Of a stretch of DNA of 64,000 nt, positions 26,649 to 35,172 are shown in pieces; the first letter of the stretch is position 1; each line of letters starts with the position of its first letter. Source of the DNA: an uncultured archaeon (GTDB taxonomy: Archaea; Aenigmatarchaeota; Aenigmatarchaeia; Aenigmatarchaeales; JAHLMS01); the NCBI GenBank assembly GCA_964353775.1, contig CAYGWB010000002.1:69185-133184 (forward strand), given 5' to 3'. The notes under the pieces are model-generated. The model saw only the letters and a list, made by a program, of their open reading frames with translations, searched no databases and was not told the DNA's origin. Made by a program: the position numbers and the translations under genes.

Positions 26649-27530
26649 TTACTGTTGGTCTATGATCTTTTTCGCAAGTTCTTCTTCCATTTTTTTATAG
26701 TTTTTATTGCGAAAGTATGCGTAGTCGAGCTCGGTTGACACTTCTCTTATTGTTTGGCCTTTGAATGATGTCGCTTGTGAGATATCAATCTGTTTTAAAG
26801 GCTTTTTGCATTCAATAGATGCCCTGTGAACGGCTCCGGCCGCAATTATATCTGGGGTGTGATTCTTTATCTGGGCCTCTCTTATAATCTCGCATGCCTT
26901 GTTCTGGATGTCTATTGCATCTGGCATGCCCAGTTTGATCATAATTTTAGGAACGAATGATTCTGGCGTTATCGTTCTCTGAACAGGTTTGACCAACGTT
27001 ATTATCTTTTTGTAGGCATTGAAGACGCTGCCCTTCCAAACACCCACCCCATCTCCTATTTCCCTGCCAGACATCGGCATTCCATATTCCCTGTAGGCCG
27101 CAAGGATGCTGCCGGCATAAACTTCTTTCATTCCAAGCCCGCTGCATCCTCTTTTTCTTTCGTTTTTAAATTTATTGAATATTCCTATTGCAGTCTCGAC
27201 TATGTAGTCCGGCGCATCCATTGCCGAGCATATCGATTCTATCTCGTCAGCATCTTTCTTGTGATAACCAATATCCTCATTGGCAATTTCTTCATGCATC
27301 GTCTTATGCCGCTTTTTAAGAACAGTGACATTTTTCCAATCGCTCGGCCCTACACCGTCGATAACCGAGCCCAACGGCTCCTTGTTTCCAGATTGTGGCC
27401 TTACTGCCTTATCATAGACCAAACCGCAATCCTCGCAGATGTGCTCGTCTTTGTGGTAAACTATCCTTCCGTTGCATTCACCGCACTTTTCCGATTCTGC
27501 AACGTCATCCTCGTACGTGTCCGGTGCCAT
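26649..27530 (-). CDS. Divergent transcription factor B (TFB/TFIIB) paralog
   Basis: Zn ribbon 'CGEC...ICEDCGLV' and two cyclin-like repeats ('IESICSAM...YAGSIL..YREYGMP', 'PESFVPKI..LG..AAGAV'). Confidence 0.8.
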   Translation of the reverse strand: MAPDTYEDDVAESEKCGECNGRIVYHKDEHICEDCGLVYDKAVRPQSGNKEPLGSVIDGVGPSDWKNVTVLKKRHKTMHEEIANEDIGYHKKDADEIESICSAMDAPDYIVETAIGIFNKFKNERKRGCSGLGMKEVYAGSILAAYREYGMPMSGREIGDGVGVWKGSVFNAYKKIITLVKPVQRTITPESFVPKIMIKLGMPDAIDIQNKACEIIREAQIKNHTPDIIAAGAVHRASIECKKPLKQIDISQATSFKGQTIREVSTELDYAYFRNKNYKKMEEELAKKIIDQQ

Positions 27531-27581
27531 GTTATTAGTAGCATGTAAAGGTTTATATACTTATCAGTAGTAATAATTATT

Positions 27582-27905
27582 ATGGCAAAATATAGCCCGC
27601 CCAACGGGGGCGACATAAAGGAGATCGACGTCGACAAGAACGAAGGCAACCTGAAAGTTGTCGTGGACGGCAGGACCATCATATATCGTAAGGACGGCGT
27701 AGAGGAAAAGACGTTCGAGGACGGGCTCCTGCGCAGCAGCCGTTTTATAGGCTACAGGGCCAGCGGTTATTCCGAAGCTTATGACAAGTACATAAGCGTT
27801 GTTGAGTCTGCCATGAAAGACTTCAGCGAAGAGGACAAGAAATTAACAGAATACGTGCTGGCGATAGTAAGAAATAAGGGCGAAATCGGCGTAAAGCTAC
27901 AATAA
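27582..27905 (+). CDS. Hypothetical protein
   Basis: 107-aa ORF with an upstream TTTATA. Confidence 0.55.
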   Translation: MAKYSPPNGGDIKEIDVDKNEGNLKVVVDGRTIIYRKDGVEEKTFEDGLLRSSRFIGYRASGYSEAYDKYISVVESAMKDFSEEDKKLTEYVLAIVRNKGEIGVKLQ

Positions 27906-27922
27906 CTTGAAGGGGTTTTGAT

Positions 27923-28204
27923 ATGGGTATCGGTAAAATGCTGTTCGGTGAAAAATTTATTGATCGCACGCCGGAAATGGAACGCCAGCAGACCGTCGAG
28001 TTCTATGAACGCGATGTTGACATGAACAATTCGGTCGTTGAGGAACTCGAAGTACTAAAACAAATTGAAAAGAAGCCTTCTTGGCATTACAGGCAGCTTG
28101 TCGATCAGTACCGTGACTTGCAGGAAGACATAAGCATAACTCGGGAAAACGCCGCAAAACAAGGCATAATTTTGCCTGATATGGAAATTCTGACTTACAG
28201 CTAA
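27923..28204 (+). CDS. Hypothetical protein
   Basis: 93-aa ORF co-oriented with the previous gene. Confidence 0.55.
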   Translation: MGIGKMLFGEKFIDRTPEMERQQTVEFYERDVDMNNSVVEELEVLKQIEKKPSWHYRQLVDQYRDLQEDISITRENAAKQGIILPDMEILTYS

Positions 28205-28251
28205 ATCAACACATATTTATATATTGATATTCGACAATAGATAGACTCATT

Positions 28252-28977
28252 ATGATAGACCAACAGGCGCTGGCGCGCGAGACGCTCGCCAAGCGGATCG
28301 CGGGTGAGATCGTTCTGGGTGATGATGCCGGCAAAGTGATCCAGAAGTGGAGAAACATCTTCAAGATACCGCAGCGGCGTTTGGCCGACGAGATGGGCGT
28401 AATGCCTTCGGTGATAAGCGACTATGAGAACGGCAGGCGCAAGAGCCCTGGAATAAAGGTCGTAAAGAAGATGGTTTCTGCGATGCTGAGCATGGACGAA
28501 AAGATCGGCGGAAAGGTGATAAAGGAGTTCAGCGAGTGGCCGAGCAAATTCGGCCTGTCGGAGGCCGTGCTGGACCTGAAGGAATTTTCCACACCTGTTA
28601 CTGTTAGGGACTTCTGCAAGGCCATGGACGCTGCCGTGGTCGCCAGAGAGGACCTGGCGGATAACAAACTGCACGGATACACAGTCATAGACAGCATGAA
28701 GGCGATAACCGGCATTCCGCCACTAGAGCTGGTCAAGCTGTACGGGCTGACGACAGAAAGGGCGTTAATATTTACAGGCGCACATAGCGGAAAATCCTCG
28801 ATGGTGGCAATAAAGGTGACAAACCTCAGGCCGGGCCTGGTTATACTGCACGGTGCGGAAGGGGTGGACGATTTGGCTAAAAGAATAGCGGAAATAGAAG
28901 AAATACCGCTGGCTGTCACAAGGATCAGGAACGTCGAGGACATTCTGAACGCATTAAAGAAGAGTTTCAGCGGCTAG
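28252..28977 (+). CDS. Archaeal XRE-HTH regulator (COG1709-like)
   Basis: 'LAKRIAGEIVL', 'PSVISDYENGRRKSPG', 'LYGLTTERALIFT..GKSSMVAIKV'. Confidence 0.88.
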   Translation: MIDQQALARETLAKRIAGEIVLGDDAGKVIQKWRNIFKIPQRRLADEMGVMPSVISDYENGRRKSPGIKVVKKMVSAMLSMDEKIGGKVIKEFSEWPSKFGLSEAVLDLKEFSTPVTVRDFCKAMDAAVVAREDLADNKLHGYTVIDSMKAITGIPPLELVKLYGLTTERALIFTGAHSGKSSMVAIKVTNLRPGLVILHGAEGVDDLAKRIAEIEEIPLAVTRIRNVEDILNALKKSFSG

Positions 28978-28980
28978 CCT

Positions 28981-29227
28981 CCCCATCACTTCTTATAGAA
29001 CATCACTACAACAGAAAAAATACAGTTATTATTATTATTTATAACATTGTTATAAGAAGTAAAGGTATGTTTGCTTTATTTTTCTAAAAATGTTTGCATT
29101 AGAAACATGCGGGTGTCTGCTTCCGATGGAGGGTATTATAACAGTGTTATAAAGGTCATTTTTTCAAAAATGAAGGGTAAAATGAAGGTTTCTAAGGGAT
29201 GTTAACTTTCCACAGGAAGTCATGGGG
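28981..29227. other. Probable replication origin (oriC)
   Basis: Inverted ORB-like boxes: reverse complement of 28981-29001 = GTTCTATAAGAAGTGATGGGG and 29207-29227 = TTTCCACAGGAAGTCATGGGG (16/21 identical, G-strings), flanking an AT-rich tract and a mini-ORB-like TTCCGATGGAG, immediately upstream of cdc6. Confidence 0.8.
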
Positions 29228-29231
29228 TTAA

Positions 29232-29259
29232 CGTGAAGATAGAAATATATATCTTCACG
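29232..29259. promoter_or_regulatory. Inverted repeat CGTGAAGATA-n8-TATCTTCACG upstream of cdc6
   Basis: Perfect 10-bp arms; shares the CGTGAAG core of the 9575-10028 array. Confidence 0.6.
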
Positions 29260-29298
29260 ATAGTAAGATGGCTATTCGAAAGGAAACAGAGGTAGCAA

Positions 29299-30501
29299 GT
29301 GACGTACATGACACAAAAACTACAGGAAATATTCACACAGTTCATGGAGAACAAGCCGATTTTCACCAACCGTTCTGCCCTTACAATAGCCTTTACGCCG
29401 GAGACGATACCGCACAGGGAGAAGCAGATAGCCGATCTTGGCAGGATACTGGCGCCGGTCCTCAGGGGAGGCAGGCCGTCCAACATTTTCATCTATGGAC
29501 GGACCGGCACGGGCAAATCGCTTGTCGCCAGGTTCGTCGGTTCCGAGCTCTGCAAGGCGGCAAACGGACAGAACGTAAAACTGGTCTATATTAATTGCAA
29601 GATGAAGAAGGCGGCTGACACCGAATACAGGCTGCTGGCCGGTCTGCTCAAGGAGCTTGGCAGGAGCGTCCCTTTCACCGGTCTTCCTACAGACCAGCTC
29701 TATCACACGCTTTTTGAGGTGCTCGATGCAAAGGAGCAGACCGTGATTCTGATCATAGATGAGATTGATGCGCTGGTCGCCAAGACTGGGGACGAGATAC
29801 TCTATAACCTGACAAGGGCGAACGGCGAGCTGAAGAAGGCAAAGCTGGCCATGATAGGAATAACGAACGACCTCGGGTTTGTGGAAAGGCTCGACCCAAG
29901 GGTAAAATCCAGCCTTTCGGAAGAGGAGATGATATTCCCGCCTTACAATGCCGTTCAGTTGCAGGACATACTCAAGCAGAGGGCCGTGATGGCCTTTGCG
30001 CCCGGCGTGCTCGGTGACGGCGTCATCGAGAAGGCGGCCGCGTTGGCTGCGCAGGAGCATGGCGACGCCAGACGGGCACTGGACCTGCTAAGGGTATCCG
30101 GCGAGCTGGCCGAGCGGGTCGCAGAAGCTTCTGTCACTGTCGTACAGGTGGATGTCGCCCAGGACAAGATCGACCAGGACCGCGTGCTGGAGATAGTAAA
30201 GTCGCAACCAAGGCAGAGCCAGGCCGTTCTCTGGGCTGTGCTGCAATCATCCGAGAACACTCGAAATATCGAGAGCGGTGCGGTCTTCGACCTGTACAAC
30301 AATATATGCAATAATCATGGGCTGAAGCCTTTGACACAGAGGCGTGTCAGCGACCTGGTCGCTGAGCTGGATATGTTCGGAATCATATCAGCGAAGGTCA
30401 TTTCAAGGGGCAGAGGAGGCAGAACAAGGATTATAAACATTAATTTGTCAGATTTCACGCTTAAAAAGCTCAAAAGCACTATGCTTGAGATATTTCTATG
30501 A
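29299..30501 (+). CDS. cdc6: Orc1/Cdc6 replication initiator
   Basis: 'PHREKQI', 'YGRTGTGKS', 'IIDEID', 'LDPRVKSSL', 'FPPYNA', 'HGDARRALDLL', wHTH 'ELDMFGII..SRGRGGRT'. Confidence 0.96.
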   Translation: MTYMTQKLQEIFTQFMENKPIFTNRSALTIAFTPETIPHREKQIADLGRILAPVLRGGRPSNIFIYGRTGTGKSLVARFVGSELCKAANGQNVKLVYINCKMKKAADTEYRLLAGLLKELGRSVPFTGLPTDQLYHTLFEVLDAKEQTVILIIDEIDALVAKTGDEILYNLTRANGELKKAKLAMIGITNDLGFVERLDPRVKSSLSEEEMIFPPYNAVQLQDILKQRAVMAFAPGVLGDGVIEKAAALAAQEHGDARRALDLLRVSGELAERVAEASVTVVQVDVAQDKIDQDRVLEIVKSQPRQSQAVLWAVLQSSENTRNIESGAVFDLYNNICNNHGLKPLTQRRVSDLVAELDMFGIISAKVISRGRGGRTRIININLSDFTLKKLKSTMLEIFL

Positions 30502-30518
30502 TTAATGGGTGATAACAT

Positions 30519-31499
30519 ATCAACCAAAGGATACAACAATTAGTCGCTTCAGGACTGATTATAGAGGAAAATGCGGTTAAAAAGCTGTCTAATTTAGATG
30601 AAACCTTATTAAACAAGGTATTAGATAAAATAAAAACAGATAAGGTTAGTGTTTTAACAGAATCGTTCCTTTTCAATCTTTTGTACCCGCCAGTTAGAGT
30701 CATAAGACAATATGAAAATAAAAGCATAAACAACATACAAGAATGGACAAACACGCTCAATTTTAAATATAACGCATTACAAAGCATACTAATTGAAAAA
30801 AGTGACATAAAGAACACTATTTCAATCAAAAACTTAAGCTCAGAATACTCTACCATAATAGGCTTAGTAAAACAGGTTAAGGAAGGTCCAGAAAGAGTTA
30901 TAATAGATATGGAGGATATGACTGCCCATGTTTCTGTTTCTATGTCAAAAAGCGCCTTTAATGGTAAAATAATGGCAGATGATGTCGTAGCTGTTACGGG
31001 AAGGCTTGTTGGAAACATATTCGAGGCCGATACTCTGGTCTGGCCGGACATTCCTCTGAGAACAGCCACCAAGGGCTACGGGAAGATAGCACTGCTTGCG
31101 AATTGCCAAATAGACGATAAAATCGCCCAGAGCATACAAACGGCAGATTATGTGCTCGCTCATAATTGCACCGGGTGGGAGCCTGTTGCGGCAAAGGGCG
31201 GTGCGCAATGGGTAGTCACGGACGCGAACGCTTCCGGCGATCCGAACATGGTCAGCACCAAGATGCCATGTCTGCTAGAGGTAGACGGGCTCGTCGTACT
31301 AGTCTACTTCGGTCCTGAACAGGCGGCCGACATACTTCGCAGACGATATATTGTCGTCAATGGTTCCGACTTCCTGATAGACACCGTTCCGGACCTGGTA
31401 TTCACATCAACGAACGATGCCTACAATTACAAAGGCATTACGATAGTCGGAAAAGGAACGGTCGATGCGGCCACATGTGATGTCAAACCGTTCGATTAA
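30519..31499 (+). CDS. Inactivated DP1 (PolD small subunit / B-subunit-like) protein: OB fold plus degenerate phosphoesterase
   Basis: 'STIIGLV', 'MEDMTA', 'DDVVAVTG', 'WPDIP', 'PCLLEVDGLVVLVYFG', 'ILRRRY', 'IDTVPDL', 'YKGITIV' are collinear with DP1, but the metal ligands are absent; the frame is open back to ATC at 30519, 6 nt after a GGTGA RBS. Confidence 0.82.
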   Translation: MNQRIQQLVASGLIIEENAVKKLSNLDETLLNKVLDKIKTDKVSVLTESFLFNLLYPPVRVIRQYENKSINNIQEWTNTLNFKYNALQSILIEKSDIKNTISIKNLSSEYSTIIGLVKQVKEGPERVIIDMEDMTAHVSVSMSKSAFNGKIMADDVVAVTGRLVGNIFEADTLVWPDIPLRTATKGYGKIALLANCQIDDKIAQSIQTADYVLAHNCTGWEPVAAKGGAQWVVTDANASGDPNMVSTKMPCLLEVDGLVVLVYFGPEQAADILRRRYIVVNGSDFLIDTVPDLVFTSTNDAYNYKGITIVGKGTVDAATCDVKPFD

Positions 31500-31548
31500 A
31501 CACAGAAAACGTTAAATGCTTACTTGACGAAGGAATGATGCTGATAAA

Positions 31549-34221
31549 ATGCAACTCCAACTTCTCGATTCGGACTACGTGCTCGTGAACGGCAGGCCGA
31601 TCGTCCGCCTGTTCGGAAAGACGGAATCGGGCGAGTCCGCATGCGCGATGGTCGAAGGCTACCAGCCTTATTTCTATCTGCATCCCAATCCGGAACTTGA
31701 TATCAAGGACGTGCAGTACGAGCTCGAGAAGAGCGGCATGATATACGAGGTAGTCGAACGCTTCCTGCCGATCGGCTGGTCGCCGAAACCGGCACAGGTT
31801 CTCAAAATCACCGGTCGCGACCCGTCGAAGATACCGGAGATGCGGGCGTGGGTTAGCAAGTTCGGCACGCCGTACGAGGCCGATGTGCTTTTCAAGTATC
31901 GTTACATGGTGGACAACGGACTGCGCGGCATGTCTTGGTTCGATGTTTCAGGAAAGATTGTGCAGACGAACACGGTGAAGTGCAAGACGATACGCGCCGA
32001 TGAGATACGGCCGATCGAGCTCCTGAACAACGCGCCGCTGAGATACATGGCGCTGGACATCGAGTGCGCGCCGACGCATGGCGGTCTTCCTGATCCGGAG
32101 GACGAGCCGATAATAATGATAGGCCTGTCGTTCTGGCCCGCTTGGAAAAACAAGACGTCGGTTGTTATTTTGTCAAAGAAGTCGAACCTTGCAGACAGCA
32201 TCGGCTGCCAGAACGAAGAGGAGATGATGCGAAAGTTCAAGGACATAATCGACGACTACGATCCGGACGTCATCACCGGCTACAACATCACGAACTTCGA
32301 TATGCCATACATACTGAAACGATTGGAGATGCTGAACCTTCCGAGGGACCTCGGGCGTTCGGACAAGTCCGCTTGGGCGCGCAAGCTCGCGCTAACGCAT
32401 GCGATAACGGTCACAGGCAGGGTGGTCGTCGATCCGTACGACATAATCAAGCGCGACCCGTGGGTCAAACTGAAACGATACGACCTGCGCACGGTCGCCA
32501 AAAACCTGCTGAACACGGAAAAGCACGACATGTCAGGCTCGGCCGAGATAACGAGATTGTGGAAGGGCAGCCCGGAAGACCTGAAACGGCTGGTCGACTA
32601 CAACCGCAAGGACTCCGAGCTCGCGATGCGGTTGGTGATCGAAAGAGGAATGCTGGACAAGTTCTTCGAGATAGCGAAGATTTCCGGCCTTGTGCTGCAG
32701 GACGCGCTCGGCGGCCAGTCCGCAAGGCACGAGTTCAAGCTGCTGCAGGAATTCAGGAAAAGAAAGTTCATCATGCCGTGCAAGCCTGAAGGCAACGAGA
32801 TAATAAAACGCAAGGAGGAACGTGAGGCGTCCGGGCTGAAAGGCGCTTTGGTCCTCGAGCCGGAGACAGGCCTGCATTCGGCCGGCTGCACGATAGTGCT
32901 GGACTTCACTTCACTATATCCGTCGATCATCAAGACGTTCAACGTCTGCCCGACGACCTGGATAAAGGAAGGAACGGAGAACCCGCCAGAACATCTGACT
33001 TCCCCATTCAACACACGTTTCGTACTTCCGTCTGTCCGCGAGGGCGTGCTGCCTTCGATAGTTCATGAACTGATAAGCACGCGCTCGGTAGTCCGCAAGC
33101 AGGCCAGGACAGAACCCGATATAGAAAAGAAAAGAATACTGAACGCGAAGCAGCTGGCGCTCAAGGACATGGCCAACTCGCTGTACGGCTACACGGGCTT
33201 CGCGCACGGCCGGATATATGTGATGGACATCGCGAACACGATAACGGCGTACGGCAGGGACATAATCACGACAGCGAGAAAGACCATAGAGGAGAACTTC
33301 CCTTACAAGGTCATCTATGCGGACACCGACTCAACGTTCATCAAGACGGACATCAAGGACCTGGAAGAAGCGCAGGCGATGGGCGAAAGGATTTCCAAGT
33401 TCGTCACAGAACGCCTGCCCGGGCTTGAGCTGAAGTTCGAAAAACTTTTCAAGACGTTCCTGATAGAGACGAAGAAAAGATATGCCGCACTTTCCATGGA
33501 GAAGGACAAGGACGGGAACTGGACGAGCAAGATGGAGATGAAAGGAATAGAGACCGTTCGCAGGGACTGGTGCACGCTGACAACGGAAACGATGAACCAC
33601 GTCCTGCAGGTTATCCTGAAAGAGGGCGACATAAAGAAGGCTTCGAAGTACGTCCGCGAGATCATAGCCGACCTGGCCGCAGGAAAGGTCCCGATAGAGA
33701 AGCTGACAGTGGTCAAAGGAATAACGAAAGAAATAGACGCATACGACGGCATACAGCCGCACGTCGAGCTCGCCAAGAAGATCATCGCGCGCGACGCATC
33801 GAAGCGCAACATGGTCGGCGAACGGCTGGAGTACGTGATAATCAAAGGGAACGCTATGCTCTCCAAACGTGCGGAGGACCCGCAGTTCGTGAAGGACAAC
33901 GGCCTGGAGATAGATTCGCACTACTACATCGATAACCAGATACTGCCGCCGCTGGAGAGGATATTCGAGGCCTGCGGCGTCACGAAGACCGAACTCATAC
34001 ACGGAACGAAGCAGATGTCGCTGCTGGCTGCGTTGAACGGGCAGAAGCCCGTGCTCGCGCCCGAGAAGACCGTGCTTAAAAACTATGAGGCGATCGTCTG
34101 CAGGAAATGCGACTGGACCTTCAGGCGCCCGACGCTGACAGGAATGTGCCCCTCATGCAGCGGCCAACTGTTCTTCTCGTCCGGCGGCTCGATCGGAAAG
34201 TTCATCGGCGCAGAATCTTAG
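31549..34221 (+). CDS. polB: Family B DNA polymerase with PIP-like box and C-terminal C4 Zn finger
   Basis: Exo 'LDIE', 'GYNITNFD', 'YNRKD'; Pol 'DFTSLYPS', 'KDMANSLYGY', 'YADTDS'; 'QMSLL'; 'CRKC-x12-CPSC'. Confidence 0.96.
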   Translation: MQLQLLDSDYVLVNGRPIVRLFGKTESGESACAMVEGYQPYFYLHPNPELDIKDVQYELEKSGMIYEVVERFLPIGWSPKPAQVLKITGRDPSKIPEMRAWVSKFGTPYEADVLFKYRYMVDNGLRGMSWFDVSGKIVQTNTVKCKTIRADEIRPIELLNNAPLRYMALDIECAPTHGGLPDPEDEPIIMIGLSFWPAWKNKTSVVILSKKSNLADSIGCQNEEEMMRKFKDIIDDYDPDVITGYNITNFDMPYILKRLEMLNLPRDLGRSDKSAWARKLALTHAITVTGRVVVDPYDIIKRDPWVKLKRYDLRTVAKNLLNTEKHDMSGSAEITRLWKGSPEDLKRLVDYNRKDSELAMRLVIERGMLDKFFEIAKISGLVLQDALGGQSARHEFKLLQEFRKRKFIMPCKPEGNEIIKRKEEREASGLKGALVLEPETGLHSAGCTIVLDFTSLYPSIIKTFNVCPTTWIKEGTENPPEHLTSPFNTRFVLPSVREGVLPSIVHELISTRSVVRKQARTEPDIEKKRILNAKQLALKDMANSLYGYTGFAHGRIYVMDIANTITAYGRDIITTARKTIEENFPYKVIYADTDSTFIKTDIKDLEEAQAMGERISKFVTERLPGLELKFEKLFKTFLIETKKRYAALSMEKDKDGNWTSKMEMKGIETVRRDWCTLTTETMNHVLQVILKEGDIKKASKYVREIIADLAAGKVPIEKLTVVKGITKEIDAYDGIQPHVELAKKIIARDASKRNMVGERLEYVIIKGNAMLSKRAEDPQFVKDNGLEIDSHYYIDNQILPPLERIFEACGVTKTELIHGTKQMSLLAALNGQKPVLAPEKTVLKNYEAIVCRKCDWTFRRPTLTGMCPSCSGQLFFSSGGSIGKFIGAES

Positions 34222-35087
34222 GAAAAGAAGCCGAGAAAGATGCTCGCGCCCAATGCGATGGCCGCGCCCAGATATTGATGCGCCCCTATCTTCTCATGAT
34301 TTATCATCAGCCCCAGGAATATCGCTATCACCGGATAGCTCTCGGTTATCGCAATCGTTATCGACAGCTCTTCACCGAACACTGCTAGCGAGAAGCACAG
34401 CCATGCAAGCGTGTCGAATATTCCCATCGCCAGAATCATGTACTTGAACTTTGACACGTTGCTTGCGAGCTTTTTGACGCCCTCACGTTTGCCTATGAAG
34501 GCCAGCGATATCATCGCACAGACTACCCAAGGAACCCATATTGCCATCAACGGAGATATATTTTTTGAGGAGAACGCGGTCAGGAAATTGACGAAAGACA
34601 TCCCGACAGCCGCAACTATCGCTATTAGCACGCCCTTTTCAAATTTGCTGAACATGTGCTTCAGTGAGTGCGGCCTCAGAGATATCAGAATTATTCCTAG
34701 GAACGCGACAAATATAGCGATTACTTGCTGCGCCGTTAAAATTTCACCGAAAAACAACAGGCCCAAGACGACGGTAATCGGCAGTTCGATCTCAAGAACC
34801 ACGTCGACTACGCACAGCTTTCCGCGTTTCAACGCCTCGAAATCGGCCATTGCGACAAAAAATGTGATTGTGCCTAGCGCCAACAGGATAAAAAGATTTA
34901 TCGGCGAGGAAAGCAACGACAGGCTGCTCATTACGAAAGGGAAGAGCCCGATCGTCCCGATAATTCCGATCATGGCAAGCGATTCGACATCTCCTATCTT
35001 CCTGGTAGTTCGTTGGATGAAGAAGTCACCGAAACCCCAGCAGAGCATCGCGCCGAAGGCCGCGAGCATAGCAAACTCGAACGTCAT
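34218..35087 (-). CDS. EamA/DMT family transporter
   Basis: About 10 TM helices in two repeats; 'LCWGFGDF', 'HEKI..HQYLG'. Confidence 0.85.
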   Translation of the reverse strand: MTFEFAMLAAFGAMLCWGFGDFFIQRTTRKIGDVESLAMIGIIGTIGLFPFVMSSLSLLSSPINLFILLALGTITFFVAMADFEALKRGKLCVVDVVLEIELPITVVLGLLFFGEILTAQQVIAIFVAFLGIILISLRPHSLKHMFSKFEKGVLIAIVAAVGMSFVNFLTAFSSKNISPLMAIWVPWVVCAMISLAFIGKREGVKKLASNVSKFKYMILAMGIFDTLAWLCFSLAVFGEELSITIAITESYPVIAIFLGLMINHEKIGAHQYLGAAIALGASIFLGFFS

Positions 35088-35172
35088 GAGAATTTCAAAG
35101 AACGGGAACATATAAACCTTTATTGAACGCGAAGAATTTCTGGTATAAATACTTTTTCATCGCAGTCTAACC

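Noticed and set aside
30519..31499. Dead DP1 as a simple pseudogene
   Set aside because: The frame is intact for ~326 codons, and structural motifs are kept in order while catalytic residues and loops are specifically lost, which fits selection for a scaffold better than random decay.
29299..34221. Inteins in Cdc6 or PolB (also checked RadA)
   Set aside because: Lengths are normal, catalytic motifs are contiguous, and no splice-junction or LAGLIDADG motifs were seen.
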